A stretch of DNA of 64,000 nt from an uncultured candidate division Zixibacteria bacterium (GCA_963817915.1 CAWFQL010000006.1:96001-160000); one strand, 5' to 3'; shown: positions 29,531-46,653, numbered from the stretch's first letter. Translations and numbers: made by a program. The notes: generated from the sequence alone by a model not told the origin.

Positions 29531-32131
29531 ACGAGCTCCAGCGGTTCTATCAATCGGAAACCTGACTTATAGTATTGACCCTTGCGATGAATGGGCAGAG
29601 GTTTTACTTGTTCAATTTCCAAGCCAAGTCCAAACACAAGTATCTCCTCAGGTTTGATATGGCCTTCGGTTGTCTGCCAGAGACCCGCAATGATTACCTT
29701 ACCGTCTATATCCAAGCTTTCGATAAATGGTCCGGCATCGACTTCCTTTTCGACATTTTCTTTTTTGCGTTTGACCGGCAGGCTTTTCCGTTCGACAATT
29801 TCCTTAAGCGAATCAGGATTAAATATGAAATTGTCTATTTCGGGAATCTCGTATACTGCGAAATTCAATTGTTTGCTCAACGATGCCACGTTGGCGAAAT
29901 AATGTTTATAGCCGACAATATTCAAACCTATTGGAAATGTATTCTGCAAATTATCTATGAACTCTTCCCTGCAGGGTTGGGTCGTCTGAATATCCAGGTA
30001 TTCGGCATCGGAGGTATACCCCAATGGCAATGGTGTCCCAAATGATACTTTCATATGAGGATTGAATCCCTCACTAAAGGCAATAGGGATTCCGCTGCGA
30101 TTAATCGCGCGTGTCAATGTCCTGATCATGTCCAGATGTGAATAGAATCTTATTCCATTATCGCGGCTGTATTTGATTCTTATTTTGTAAGTTCCAGGAG
30201 GCGCGGTCGATTGTTTGGGAACCCGTTTTGCCCGTCTTCCATATTCGGAACTTTCGGAGGAATTTACCGCTGACTTTTCGTCAGCATTATCAAAGACACT
30301 GGAAGCTGGAATTGCCTCTTTGGATTTCTGATTTTCTTTTTTCAGATAATCTTTTGAGATGCCGTTATCAATATGATCCCATGCGAGCGGCGCATTTTCA
30401 ACAATCGGCTGCGATCTCTTCTCGCATTCAACTCCGGTTTCCGCGAATGATTGATACCATCTTTCGGCATTGAACCATTCAGTCCAGCCTTCGAGACGCG
30501 AACCTTTGTTGTAGGCGGTAAGGATCGCGTTTGATAGACGTCTATCGCCGCGACTAAAGACTGATTCAATCAATGAAAGATCGAGATCGCCATATTTGAT
30601 ATTGATATTGGGCTTTCGGACGCCTTTGATTATTTTTTGAATCTTTCTATTGATTTCATCATTGCTACAACGTCGTTCCCACTGCCAGGGAGTATGGGGC
30701 TTGGGATTGAATGATGACAAAGTAACATTGACGCTGCATTTCCCCTGCTGATTGAAGGCCATGTATGATGTCTTCCGCAAAATCGCAATAATGCCATCGA
30801 GATCGTCGTCGGTCTCCCCCGGCAACCCGATCATGAAATACAGCTTGAATGTTTGCCAACCGGCATCCATAGCTAGTCTGATGGCAGTGTATATCTCTTC
30901 ATCGGATATCTTTTTGCCGAGCGAATATCGAAGCCGTTCGGTGCCGGCCTCGGGCGCCAATGTGAGACCTGATTTTCTGGTCGCGGACAATGTCTCCAAC
31001 AATGACGGCGATATTGTTTCCGGCCTCAGAGATGGCAAGCCGAGCCCAATTCTCTTTTCGATAAATTTCGGACTGAGCCTCGCCAATAGATCATTCAGAC
31101 GATTATAGTCAGTCGATGAAAGCGAAAGCAGGGTTACATCATCATAGCCGGTACTGTCTAAGCACGCGAACACTGATGACGCCACGATCATCCGGCGTTC
31201 GCTGGCGGCGCGGACGATATTGATATCCCGCCTGGCAGAAACGACAGCCGCGCACACAGCCGCGCATGATTTCGCAAGAGAGATGGTCTTGGGTAATTTC
31301 CACAAATGGCACGATAGGCTTATCCGTATAATATTCGCTTTTTAATTCGGCAACACTGCTCGTTTTGATTTTGTCAGGTGCGAATTCATTCAATTTTTCA
31401 AGTGAAATAAATTGTCCGTCATTATCATATTTAGGAGAATAATAACCTGGGATGTACATGCCGCCGATCTTTGAAAGCATTTCCAATTTTTGTTTGCGGC
31501 CGTAATTCTTGGCCTTTGCCTCTTTTAGCTTATCGATAATTTCATGGATCGCTTCCTCACCATCCCCGATCAGGATGGCATCGATAAAATCAGCCACCGG
31601 CTCGGGATTCAGTGTTGACGGTCCTCCGGCGATAATCAATGGATGGCTGTCATCGCGATCGCTTGACTTCAAAGGTATCCCCGCAAGATTGAGCATGTTG
31701 ATTACAGTGACATAGCACATCTCGTAAGTGATATGGAAGCCAACAATATCAAATTGCGCTACGGGCGTGGATGATTCCAATGAAAACAGCGGGACATTTT
31801 TTTCAATCATCCGCTTTTCCATATCGGGCCAAACAGCGAAAACTCGTTCGGCGAAAGCATCATCGCGGCGGTTGATAATATTATATAGAATCTGCATGCC
31901 GAGATATGACATACCGATTTCGTACATATCAGGGAAACAGAGCGCAACCTTGAAGGTCTTGTCGTCATGTGTTTTATGAATGGAATTCAGTTCATTGCCA
32001 ACATACCTGCCGGGCTTTTGCACGAATGGCAAAACTTCGCAGATAAGCCGATTCCACAATTGGTCTCTATAATTTGATATTTTTACCGAATCACTTTTAT
32101 TCATTTCTGATTTATCTTTCTTTTTTGTCAA
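29527..32131 (-). CDS. TIGR03960-type radical SAM protein fused to TIGR03936/DUF2344 domain (frameshift near 31188)
   Basis: KPGRY.GNE, FPDMYEIGMS, CVRGCRFC, APEAGTERLR, FYSHLD...FSEGFNPH. Confidence 0.88.
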
Positions 32132-32335
32132 AATACCTAATCGAATTAATCAGTTTGCCGCTCTTCAAATACCGATACCTGATAGCAACGACAATCGTGG
32201 GGCAATATATGCTAATGTTTGATATTTATCAATCTTGGGATTTAATATTTTAATCAGCGTCGGGCTGGGCTGGTTGCGTCAGGTCGGGAGCCGCCGGTGG
32301 GCGGCTTTGACCTGCCGCCCCGCCGCATTGTTTGG

Positions 32336-33589
32336 CTATTTCCTCTGCATGGCGTGCAGGAATGACGATCGCAAAGTATCGCTCATCAAGGCTTTTTTGA
32401 CAGGCGGCATTTTGAGAAATCCACCGACAAAGCCGCGCATGAATTTATGGGTCAAACGCTGCGTGTCGGTGAACATGAAATTTTGCAACGTGCCCCGTTC
32501 GAGACATTGCAGGATAACCCGTTCGAACATGGTCTCGGGATGGAGGACTCGTTGGCCTCGTTTGACCAGCCTCAACGCGCCCGCGCTACAGTTCAAGGCG
32601 CAAACACCGCAACCCATGCAGATCGACTCGTCAATTTTAGGGCATCCTTCTGACTGCATGGTGATAGCGTTGATCGGGCAGGATTCGATACAGACTTCGC
32701 ATTGGGAGCATGATTCCTCGTCTCTTTTGATTATCATGCTCGATGTTACCACGGCATTGGGATAGCCGAATTTGCTGATCCCCAATAAGACATTGCAGCA
32801 GCAACCACAGCAGAAGCAGAAGAATGACACATCTTTTTTGACATTATCAGCACAGATGACCAAGCCCAATTCTTTTGAACGGGCCAGATTTTCGAGCATC
32901 TCGGTCTTCGAAACTTCCTTGGCGAATTCGCGCCTGATCATATATTCGGCCGCGGATCCGAATGACGAGCAGGTTTCCAATGGTACATCGCAGCTTTTCT
33001 GGCCAGTATGCAATTTCTCATGGCGGCAGGAGCAGATACCGATCGCGAATTTATCATTGCTCTCCAATATCGCTTTGGCGTTTTCGTAGTCGAATATTTC
33101 GACTGCTTCCGATTTATCGATCGCCTCATTATGCGGCATCGCCCTTAATGGCATGACCTTTTTGCCGCCTTCAAGATTAGCTTTGTAGAAGGAACTCTTA
33201 TCTTCGAGATAATCATTGAAAAGCCGGGCCCATTCGCTGGTATTGAGATTTGCGCCGGTACGCATCATAGTCATTTCGAAAATCCCGATGACCAGCGGCG
33301 ACAGCATATAGAGATATTTTTTACCATTCCAGATATCTAATATCAACCCTTTGACGCTTAAGCTATCTAATATCTTCTGCAACTTGGCCTGTTCGAATCC
33401 GGTGGATTTTCGGATATGATCGAAGTCGGTCATGCCGAATGGCATCTTGACACAAACTTCGGCTTCGTCGGGAGTGTAGAGCTCGACCAGGATATTATAG
33501 AATTTCTCGTTCCAGGGGACACGAACGGTCAGATTGTCGATTTTCTTCCCGAGCTTTCTATAGAGTTCTTTCCCTACCAGATGGCCCAT
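32336..33589 (-). CDS. 4Fe-4S dicluster protein with N-terminal winged-helix-like region
   Basis: CSCR, CFCCGCCC and two ferredoxin motifs. Confidence 0.8.
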   Translation of the reverse strand: MGHLVGKELYRKLGKKIDNLTVRVPWNEKFYNILVELYTPDEAEVCVKMPFGMTDFDHIRKSTGFEQAKLQKILDSLSVKGLILDIWNGKKYLYMLSPLVIGIFEMTMMRTGANLNTSEWARLFNDYLEDKSSFYKANLEGGKKVMPLRAMPHNEAIDKSEAVEIFDYENAKAILESNDKFAIGICSCRHEKLHTGQKSCDVPLETCSSFGSAAEYMIRREFAKEVSKTEMLENLARSKELGLVICADNVKKDVSFFCFCCGCCCNVLLGISKFGYPNAVVTSSMIIKRDEESCSQCEVCIESCPINAITMQSEGCPKIDESICMGCGVCALNCSAGALRLVKRGQRVLHPETMFERVILQCLERGTLQNFMFTDTQRLTHKFMRGFVGGFLKMPPVKKALMSDTLRSSFLHAMQRK

Positions 33590-33685
33590 AAATCCTCCCC
33601 TTGGTTATCGAAATACAAATTAGCGAACCTATAGGTAAATTTATAGAGCGTGACAGATTGAAGTCAAGGCTTATCAGAATATGCT

Positions 33686-33761
33686 GTAGGGCGGAACCCC
33701 CCGTGGTTCCGCCGATTCGCCTATAAAAAAAAGAGTCCGAACCACAGGGGTTCGGACCTAC
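33686..33761. repeat. GTAG...CTAC REP doublet
   Basis: GTAGGGCGGAACC...GGTTCCGCC and GTCCGAACC...GGTTCGGACCTAC. Confidence 0.75.
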
Positions 33762-33894
33762 TGTTATCATCCTGTCATGCCCGTGAAGGCAGGCATTATT
33801 GTAGCCCAAATCTCGAAGAGATTTGGGAACACTATCCCAAAACCACAAGGGTTTTGGGCTGTCAACTAATGGCACAGGACGTCATTTCCCCAAG

Positions 33895-34989
33895 CTATGA
33901 TATTTTCTTTATTTCAAATCCCAGTTCTTTGGCTCTTTCAATGAATTTCTCGATATTTAGATCGGCACCCCATTGTGTGCAACTAGCTATTTTAGTTCCG
34001 TCTTTTAAACTGATAATTTCTTTTTCTTTAAGATAATGCCTCGCTTGTTTTGAACTGATTTCTATTTCTCTAGCATTTTCTATTGTATCGAATACTCCAT
34101 AACGTGACCCCTGCAATTCTTTAGGAAAAGCCCTTTCGAGCATGGCAAAATCGGTGTTAGGATTTTTACTGATGTATTGTTTGATAACAGCATGGACCAG
34201 TTTTCGCTTGTTGTATGTTTGCCCAGCAAAATCATACCTTGTGTAATCCTTTAATTGGCCCATTATTTTTCTCCCTTTTGTTTCTCGTAACCCTGGGCTT
34301 AAAATATGAACTGATAATTTTTCATCAGGTTGATAATTGGAAAAATGCCAACCAATTTCGCGTGCGGATTTTACAGTGCTGTCTTTTGGTTTGGATATCA
34401 TTTTTTCTCTAAAGCTCTTTTCCAAGTTTTCTACAACATCAAATTGCTTTGCCCAAAGAAGGCTATCATAATTATGGGGTTTGGGAGGATCGGATTCACC
34501 GTCTGGTTTAAAGCCTTCGTAGCTTCGGAAAACATGATATCTTAAAAGCCTTTTTACAGATTCGTCCGTGTCAGTCAATTTTGAAAGAAAAGCGGGTAGC
34601 ATACAGATATTGGCCAAAGATGTATAGTAATCAACATTGTCAGACTTATCCCAAATATGACAGACAACAACGTCCTCATAATTATTTCTATTTATTGAAT
34701 TTGCCCATAGAAATGCATCAGTTGGCCCCTTATTATCATCATACATCGCAGTTCGTCCATCTGAAAGTTGATGAATTTGGCCTCTCGTTGGAGTTCCCAT
34801 TTTATATCTTATAATATTAAATATATTCATATTGCGTGATTGTCTTACTGTCGCTGGATGTGTAAAAATAGTTAAGGATGCGATGGCTTGCTCTACAGAT
34901 TTATAGCGAGAATTACTAATCAATTCTATTAAGGCACTTTTGCCACTCAAATTAAAATCGGAAAGACATTTGAGATTGACATTTTCCAT
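33895..34989 (-). CDS. AT-rich two-domain hypothetical protein, possible HNH-like nuclease
   Basis: 364-aa ORF; CHIWD...LANICMLP pattern. Confidence 0.6.
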   Translation of the reverse strand: MENVNLKCLSDFNLSGKSALIELISNSRYKSVEQAIASLTIFTHPATVRQSRNMNIFNIIRYKMGTPTRGQIHQLSDGRTAMYDDNKGPTDAFLWANSINRNNYEDVVVCHIWDKSDNVDYYTSLANICMLPAFLSKLTDTDESVKRLLRYHVFRSYEGFKPDGESDPPKPHNYDSLLWAKQFDVVENLEKSFREKMISKPKDSTVKSAREIGWHFSNYQPDEKLSVHILSPGLRETKGRKIMGQLKDYTRYDFAGQTYNKRKLVHAVIKQYISKNPNTDFAMLERAFPKELQGSRYGVFDTIENAREIEISSKQARHYLKEKEIISLKDGTKIASCTQWGADLNIEKFIERAKELGFEIKKIS

Positions 34990-35060
34990 TTCTCGACTCT
35001 CCCGCAGTATATAGTAATAATTGGCAATTCTATCGGCATCTCAGATTTAGCCGCTAATAA

Positions 35061-35588
35061 TTATTTCCCCTTTCGGAAGCCGATTTGTCTTTTAGGTTTT
35101 TCAGGATGGCTCATCAACTGGCGAATGGCATCGAAAAGTGATCTAATTTCCCGATCGTGAATAGTTATTTTCGATTCAAGTTCGTTAATTTTGCGTCCTA
35201 GTTCGCGGTGCGATGAAAGAATTTCCCTAATTCGAACAAATGCACGCATAATATGTATATTTACTATGATGGCATTTCTGCTTTTCAAAACGCTTGAGAG
35301 CATAGCTACGCCCTGTTCTGAAAATGCATATGGATATGCCCTTCTGAGGCCGCCCCAACTTGAAATCACATTTTGTGATTTCAAGTTTTGGAATTCTTCC
35401 ATCGTTAATTGAAACATGAAATCTTCAGGAAATCTCTCAATATTACGTTTGACTGCTTGAGTAAGAGATCTCGGCTCTACTCTATAAAGTAACGCCAGAT
35501 CGGAACTGAGCATCACCCTTTGGCCACGAATTAGATAAATCCGATTTTCTATAGAATCTGCTACAATTACGGCTTTAGATTTATTCAC
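35061..35588 (-). CDS. ORF6N (KilA-N-like) DNA-binding protein
   Basis: [48 protein letters not shown]. Confidence 0.92.
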   Translation of the reverse strand: MNKSKAVIVADSIENRIYLIRGQRVMLSSDLALLYRVEPRSLTQAVKRNIERFPEDFMFQLTMEEFQNLKSQNVISSWGGLRRAYPYAFSEQGVAMLSSVLKSRNAIIVNIHIMRAFVRIREILSSHRELGRKINELESKITIHDREIRSLFDAIRQLMSHPEKPKRQIGFRKGK

Positions 35589-35640
35589 AATTCTATTATA
35601 GCAGTCATTATCTATTTAGGCAAACTTTTTTATACTACAA

Positions 35641-35672
35641 AAAAAATCGCCCCGATTTTCATCGAGGCGATT
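35641..35672 (-). terminator. rRNA operon terminator
   Basis: AATCGCC.CGAT/ATCG.GGCGATT stem with poly-U on the minus strand. Confidence 0.7.
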
Positions 35673-35683
35673 CTTCATTATAC

Positions 35684-35800
35684 TCCCGGCCGCGTCCTAC
35701 TCTCCCACCCCCGCAAAGAGGCAGTACCATCGGCGCTGTGGGGCTTAACTGCCGTGTTCGGAATGGGAACGGGTGTTTCCCCCACGCCATCGCAACCGGA
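35684..35800 (-). rRNA. rrf: 5S rRNA
   Basis: Conserved CCGTTCCCATTCCGAAC and GGGAGAGTAGG on the minus strand. Confidence 0.95.
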
Positions 35801-35932
35801 AACTTTTTGTGTTACATGTCAGATCAGATGACCCGACAGCACACGTATCATTCGATTTTAAAAGAACGGTGGTTCGATGACAACTTAATAGAATGCTATG
35901 ATTTTCTGGGAAAAGGCTTCGACAAAAATATT

Positions 35933-39404
<3,472 letters not shown>

Positions 39405-39539
39405 AAAACATTTTCGGCGAAACCTTGAGAAAACCACAGCATTCTATTAAGTTGTCAAAGAACTTTCCGGCACCAAGACTGGCCCGATGCCAGATATCTT
39501 TTATCCGTCGTAGTGACGGTAATTTTCATATTTTTTAAG

Positions 39540-39612
39540 TGGAGACGACCGGGATCGAACCGGTGGCCTATAGCTTGCAAAGCTATCGCTCTCCCAACTG
39601 AGCTACGTCCCC
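39540..39612 (-). tRNA. tRNA-Ala(UGC)
   Basis: Cloverleaf GGGGACGTAGCTCAG...TTGCAA...GGTTCGATCCC; CCA not encoded. Confidence 0.95.
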
Positions 39613-39670
39613 ATCCACCGTTTAATCCTGATTGATTATTCGTTGCGAAACGGGCGGCCCCCGTAATGCA

Positions 39671-39747
39671 TGGTGGGCCTTAGTGGAGTCGAACCACCGA
39701 CCCCGTCCTTATCAGGGACGTGCTCTAACCAACTGAGCTAAAGGCCC
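39671..39747 (-). tRNA. tRNA-Ile(GAU)
   Basis: GGGCCTTTAGCTCAG...CTGATAA...GGTTCGACTCC...ACCA. Confidence 0.95.
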
Positions 39748-39931
39748 ACATTGTTTTTTGCTCCATCGGGCCTAATGACTCCCAGTTGCAGGGCAAATAG
39801 CCCGTAGTCTTCACTTTTTAAAGAACATCGATTCTTTGAAAACCGGATAGCGTACACAAGAAGACCCATTCGATTAAACCGACCTATCCAATTACTTGGA
39901 TTTGTATTTTGCTCCGAAGAGCGAAATACAG

Positions 39932-41500
<1,569 letters not shown>

Positions 41501-41699
41501 AATTAGCTCTATGAACAAACGCAAAATTTCGCTTTCGCTATTGTTTGCGTGTTCGTCGAATTATTTAAGATCGAAATTTCTTCCGACCTAGGCTAAATCG
41601 ACGGGTCCGTCTTAATTGTGTACGCTATTCGATTTTCAAAGAACGTTCGGTCATTTTAGGACCAAAAAAAGCCTGCCTTCAACTGACCGACAGACTTTC

Positions 41700-41727
41700 A
41701 AGATAAGCCTTATTTCTGTCAAGTCAA
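41700..41727 (-). promoter_or_regulatory. Putative rrn proximal promoter
   Basis: TTGACT-16 nt-TATCTT; boxA-like GTTCTTTGAAAA downstream at about 41633-41645. Confidence 0.55.
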
Positions 41728-41812
41728 GGCAAAAATTCAATATTTTTAAAATTATTTTTGTTCAATCAAATCGCCTTTCCTGCCCAGCTTACCTTTTCCT
41801 TCACAGCCGATG

Positions 41813-41841
41813 AATTTATATCCCCGGCATATATATGTCAA
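41813..41841 (-). promoter_or_regulatory. Putative rrn distal promoter
   Basis: TTGACA-17 nt-TAAATT. Confidence 0.55.
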
Positions 41842-41999
41842 GCTAAATTTAAAAGAAATCCAAAAATAATTATTCCCTTATCATTTATCGGGTTTCCCGA
41901 CTTTTCCTTAACCACTTTATACTACTATGACAATCGCTATTAAGTTCCTATTGGTATTGAATTCCCTTATCAGTTGACAGGATTATTGAGATAGAGAAA

Positions 42000-42819
42000 T
42001 CAAAAATCAATTGCCCAATAAATCGATCTGGCGCCGAATCCCATCATTCCGATTTTCCCTATGTGAATCTTCTTCCCCATATACACCGTTAATGATCCCG
42101 CCGCGTACCCCGCGAATGCTCCGAAATAAACATCCGATGCCCAATGATAATTGCCATACATTCGCTGCAATGCTACAAGCCCCGCAATTGAGTACGATAC
42201 TATCGGCACCAATGGGAATTGACTTTCAATACCGATGAATTGAAGATTTTGACGAGGATAATTTTTTGATATTATTGTCGCGAATGTGAATGCGGTAATT
42301 GTATGCCCAGAATAGAATGATGATCCGCCTTTGAAAAATTCATAGGGCGAACTTAGTATCATGTGGACGAATTCGTCCGAAGATTTTTTTGACTCCGAGC
42401 GTGACACCATTGGCCAATAATAATCCGCCAACCAATTCCCCGCCCGCTAAAATGCTCTTTTTATTCTTGAATAGAATTCCATGACCCACCAATAGCGGCA
42501 CCGTTACAGCATAAGGCCCCGGCGCTCCGAAATGACCGATCTCTTTGAAGAATGAGTTGGCCGTTGTACCATGAAGGCTCTTTCTTTGACTGAGGCGATT
42601 CAGATCCTTATCCAAAGCAAACATCACTGCCCCGCCGGCCGCGATGGCAAGATAAGGAGCGGCCTTTTTAAGGAATGATTTTGACGTTGCACAGGTCGAT
42701 ATAGAATCTTGACTTTTGAATTTGTCCAATTCCGTTATCGAATGAGCAGAAGCAGAATTAGCGAAATGGCCTAAGGATAAAATTAGAGACAGGATAAATA
42801 TGGTTGTTCTAAATCTCAT
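42000..42819 (-). CDS. PAP2 superfamily phosphatase (frameshift near 42350)
   Basis: K..FGRIRP in one frame; SFYSGH and R...YHWASDV in the other. Confidence 0.85.
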
Positions 42820-42886
42820 ACCGGTTTAATATATATCTTTGGCGGATAAATAAAGCTATAGAATTATTTTGGATTAATAAATCGGA

Positions 42887-44315
42887 TTATTTAAGCATGA
42901 TAGCTTTTTGAGTAGCGGTAAAATTGCCCTGTCGAGCCCGGACAAAATAGACCCCTGAAGATAGTGACGCTCCATTATTATCCCGGCCATTCCAGACTAT
43001 ATCATTATTGAGAGAATTGAAAGTCGCGAACGAGTTGCCCGGCGATATTGAAAATATCTACAGAATTTGGCTCAGTTGAATTGCCTTTTATTATGATTTT
43101 GAGCTCGGAGTTGAAGGGGTTTGGATAAATTTGCATAGAGATATTTTCCGGTAATTGTCCGCCATTATCGGATATCGCAGTCGCCGTGTTCAGACGATAA
43201 AGCACGAATCCATTGGCGGTCCGGCAGAGCAAATCATCAGTGCCATCACGATCTATATCAATTGGCTCGGCATCGGAAATCGTGATATTAGGCCCCCAGA
43301 TATAAGCAATGAGGCTCATATCCAGATTCCGGAGTTCAAAATAGCTATTATTACAGCCGGTCAAGATGTACTGAACGCCATTATATTTGAAGAAACTATT
43401 GATCGCATCACAAGGCATTTGATGAGAAACGCCGTTATTGAGATATGGATTATCATAGAGATTAACTTCATTTTCCCTTCTAATAGCCAGCTCCTGAAAA
43501 TTGTCATCATTATCGGAGAGAATTTTAAAATTAGCGGAATTATTATTATAGACGTTTGAAATTATCTGCCGGAGGGAATCATTGAATACTCTGTATGTAC
43601 TATAGAAATAGTAATAACTATTGCCATGAATATAAGAATAATATTCATATTTAGAAATCATCGATATATATGGCCGATTGCCATAATAGTACTTGTTAAT
43701 ATCTATGCATTGCTCCACCTCTGTTAGATTAACCATATTATTGCCAGTAAAATCAGCGGCGCAATAGTATCCATTTTTTATATAAGAAATCAAATCAAAA
43801 AGCTGTATCGAATTCCAGGATAAAAGAATTTCTGAATTAACATCAAAACCAAGGTCAAATAGCGATATGGCAGATAACCCATTGAATTCCTCAGTAGGGT
43901 AACCATGTGTGACCCAAATAATACGCATAAAAACACTATCGACTTCTGATTGATTCTCCAAAGGGAAATATGTAACCTTAAATATAATGCTATCACCTAC
44001 ATAATGATGAACAAGATTTGCATAATAAATGCAGATTCGCTCCAGTGAATCCTTTTCCAGGGTAAATACAAAATCAGGTTGACAAGAAATGGAATCCCTT
44101 AGGGGTTGCCCGCTTACCCCATTTACAAAATACAAACCATATCGCGTTGAATAAACTATATCCGAAACCGAATCATTATTAATGTCAAATAGCATATAAT
44201 TCTTAATAGTATCAGGATTTGTATTTAACAGATATTGTGTATCCAATCCATAATTGGGGACCTGGGCGTAAGCCGACCCAGATAAAATGATAAGCATAAA
44301 TGCAATCTTTTTCAT
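42887..44315 (-). CDS. Secreted FG-GAP-like repeat protein with T9SS/FlgD-like CTD (frameshift near 43012)
   Basis: Signal peptide, DINNDSVSD / DIDRDGTDD, YPNPFN...IFNIAGQLVR, continues WNGRD...SGVYF...KAIMLK in the shifted frame. Confidence 0.75.
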
Positions 44316-45730
44316 TTTAGGTATAGCACCTTCTTTGAGGCCATTAAATTATCCCCACGCGCAATAATAAAATATGTCCCCGAAGCCATCCCATCCTTTT
44401 TCCAAGTCCAACTATTCGGACCGGCAATAATGGGGCCGCAATATATTTCATCGACTTTCCTCCCTAATAAATCGATAGCGTCGATATTCACTGTCATCGC
44501 TTTTTCCGCCGTGAGATTGATAATGGCTGCACTATTGAATGGATTAGGGTAAATTTGAATATCAAGATTTATTTTGTCAGGCAATTGCGCCGTCTCAATC
44601 GATGTGGGCGAATTTTGGATTTTCCCAATATATATTTTTTGCCCGATAGAAAAAACCAATTCATCATAATTATAATCTTCCAGGACATCAGCAAACATAG
44701 GGAATCTAATCAACCCATTGAGCCAGACAACTATTCTGCCTTCTTTTCCAAAATTCCCCGTCCTATACAAATCGAAATAATAACCATAGGGGTTATTGCC
44801 CCCTCCAAATCTCCAATTCATAACCATAATATCATCATATAAAACTGAGTCTATATCCGCCTTGAGCAGCCAGCTTGGATAGCCCAAAAAAAGATCGTAT
44901 GTGGAATCAATTTCTGAATATTCCCAGACTCTCGCCAAATTATTAGAATAACATCTTATAATGCGCCGCATAGGTAATCCTTCAAAAAGTTGGATTACAG
45001 AAATAATATGATTTTGGGTTAAGTTCTGGAATTTACCATAGATTATTCCCAAATCATGCAATGATCCGTAAACATCATGGTCGTATATCATCTCATCATC
45101 GATTGCATCCAGATTTGAATTAGATAATATAAGATGTCCCCGAAATTCATGATCGGGGTATGGTGGATTGTCTACTATATCAATTGATAAAGATAGGATA
45201 TTCCCAGTGTCCATCCTGTCATTCATCGGCTTGCCCATTGAGGCTATCAAATATTCCCAGTTATTAATATCGAGGCTATAAGTGCGGTATGTGTAAAAAA
45301 TAATCTTGCTTGTATCCGGAAGAGCTCTCTCAACAATTCTATACAATGGTGCGTTAAGATACCCCGGCCAAGTAAATAGGCTGTCAAAATCAGGTCCATA
45401 AATAAAATTGAGCCAATAGCCATTAAAGTGGGTCCCTACTAAAATATCTTTAATCCCGTCCAAATTAGCGTCATAGTATCCAATTGCTGTTGTAGTTTCC
45501 GGCAATATATTACCATACCACAATTCCTGATGCGTCCGCGGATCGACAACGTATACACCCTGTGCTGTGCCTATGAATAAATCCTTTAATCCATCTCCAT
45601 TAAAATCGTCAACATAAAGGCACGTAGGGTTGTAATTCAGACTATCAAGCAAATTGAATGATAGATTTTGCCCTGAGGCATTCGATATAAAAATTATTAA
45701 GATCGCTATAGGCCAGAAGACCTTGTTCAT
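44312..45730 (-). CDS. Secreted FG-GAP-like repeat protein with T9SS type-A-like CTD
   Basis: DFNGDGLKD, DANLDGIKD; YPNPFN...DLLGRKV...SGTYF...KVLYLK. Confidence 0.8.
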   Translation of the reverse strand: MNKVFWPIAILIIFISNASGQNLSFNLLDSLNYNPTCLYVDDFNGDGLKDLFIGTAQGVYVVDPRTHQELWYGNILPETTTAIGYYDANLDGIKDILVGTHFNGYWLNFIYGPDFDSLFTWPGYLNAPLYRIVERALPDTSKIIFYTYRTYSLDINNWEYLIASMGKPMNDRMDTGNILSLSIDIVDNPPYPDHEFRGHLILSNSNLDAIDDEMIYDHDVYGSLHDLGIIYGKFQNLTQNHIISVIQLFEGLPMRRIIRCYSNNLARVWEYSEIDSTYDLFLGYPSWLLKADIDSVLYDDIMVMNWRFGGGNNPYGYYFDLYRTGNFGKEGRIVVWLNGLIRFPMFADVLEDYNYDELVFSIGQKIYIGKIQNSPTSIETAQLPDKINLDIQIYPNPFNSAAIINLTAEKAMTVNIDAIDLLGRKVDEIYCGPIIAGPNSWTWKKDGMASGTYFIIARGDNLMASKKVLYLK

Positions 45731-45873
45731 GATCCCGCCTTTTTTTTAATTACATCATTATTATAAAATAATGGTAGAATTTGTCAACAAAAATCTTCAT
45801 CATTTAAGAAAATAAAAGGCGCCCCGAGAGCGCCCTTTTTGATTTGATGTTTTACTCTTTCTGAGGATTTACG

Positions 45874-46533
45874 CTATCCTTGCCCCGCCACCTTCTTCAA
45901 CTTGTCATTGGCGTAGATTGCGATTTCGACTCGTCTGTTCTGCTGACGGCCGTCGGCAGATTCATTCGATGCTATCGGCTGGGTCTCGCCGTACCCCATA
46001 GTATGGAAACGGGCAGCGCTGACATTCTGACCAGCCAGATAATTCGCCACCGATTGGGATCGCCTCAATGACAAATCCATGTTGTGATCTTCAGAACCGG
46101 TGTTGTCGGTGTGGCCCTCGATCAAGACTTCCGTGTCTTCATACTTATTTAGAATGGTCGAAAGCTTTTGCAGATTCGTCTGCGCGCCTTGCTGAAGAGC
46201 GGATTTATTTACATCGAACAAGATACCTGAATCAAATGTGATCTTGATCCCCTCGCCTACTCGCTCAATTTTCGCGCCGGCGATATCCCGTTTCATCTCC
46301 TCAGCCTGCTTATCCATATAATTGCCGATATACGCCCCGGCCGCCCCACCAACCGCCGCTCCTATGATCGCACCGACTGCAGTATTGCCTGCTTGATGGC
46401 CTATTACTCCGCCAAGCACACCTCCTGCAGTTGCCCCAATAATCGCGCCCTTATCACGTCGCTTCATGCTTGCACAACTGAAGACGTTAATAAGCAAAAA
46501 TGCCACGATAGCGATTGAAATAAATTTCTTCAT
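45874..46533 (-). CDS. OmpA-family lipoprotein with glycine zipper (YiaD-like)
   Basis: Lipobox FSC, GA..GG zipper, EGHTD..G, NRRVEI. Confidence 0.92.
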   Translation of the reverse strand: MKKFISIAIVAFLLINVFSCASMKRRDKGAIIGATAGGVLGGVIGHQAGNTAVGAIIGAAVGGAAGAYIGNYMDKQAEEMKRDIAGAKIERVGEGIKITFDSGILFDVNKSALQQGAQTNLQKLSTILNKYEDTEVLIEGHTDNTGSEDHNMDLSLRRSQSVANYLAGQNVSAARFHTMGYGETQPIASNESADGRQQNRRVEIAIYANDKLKKVAGQG

Positions 46534-46580
46534 TTTAAATCCCTCCAGCTCATAGTTTTGATTTATTTTAAATTTTACTT

Positions 46581-46653
46581 AGCCACCGGGCGGGCTTGAA
46601 CCGTCGACCTGCTGATTACGAATCAGCTGCTCTACCAACTGAGCTACGGTGGC
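46581..46653 (-). tRNA. tRNA-Thr(CGU)
   Basis: GCCACCGTAGCTCAG...GCTGA-TTCGTAA-TCAGC...GGTTCAAGCCC; CCA not encoded. Confidence 0.95.

Noticed and set aside
46581..46653. tRNA-Thr as integration site of an island
   Set aside because: No integrase and no duplicated tRNA 3' end seen in the window
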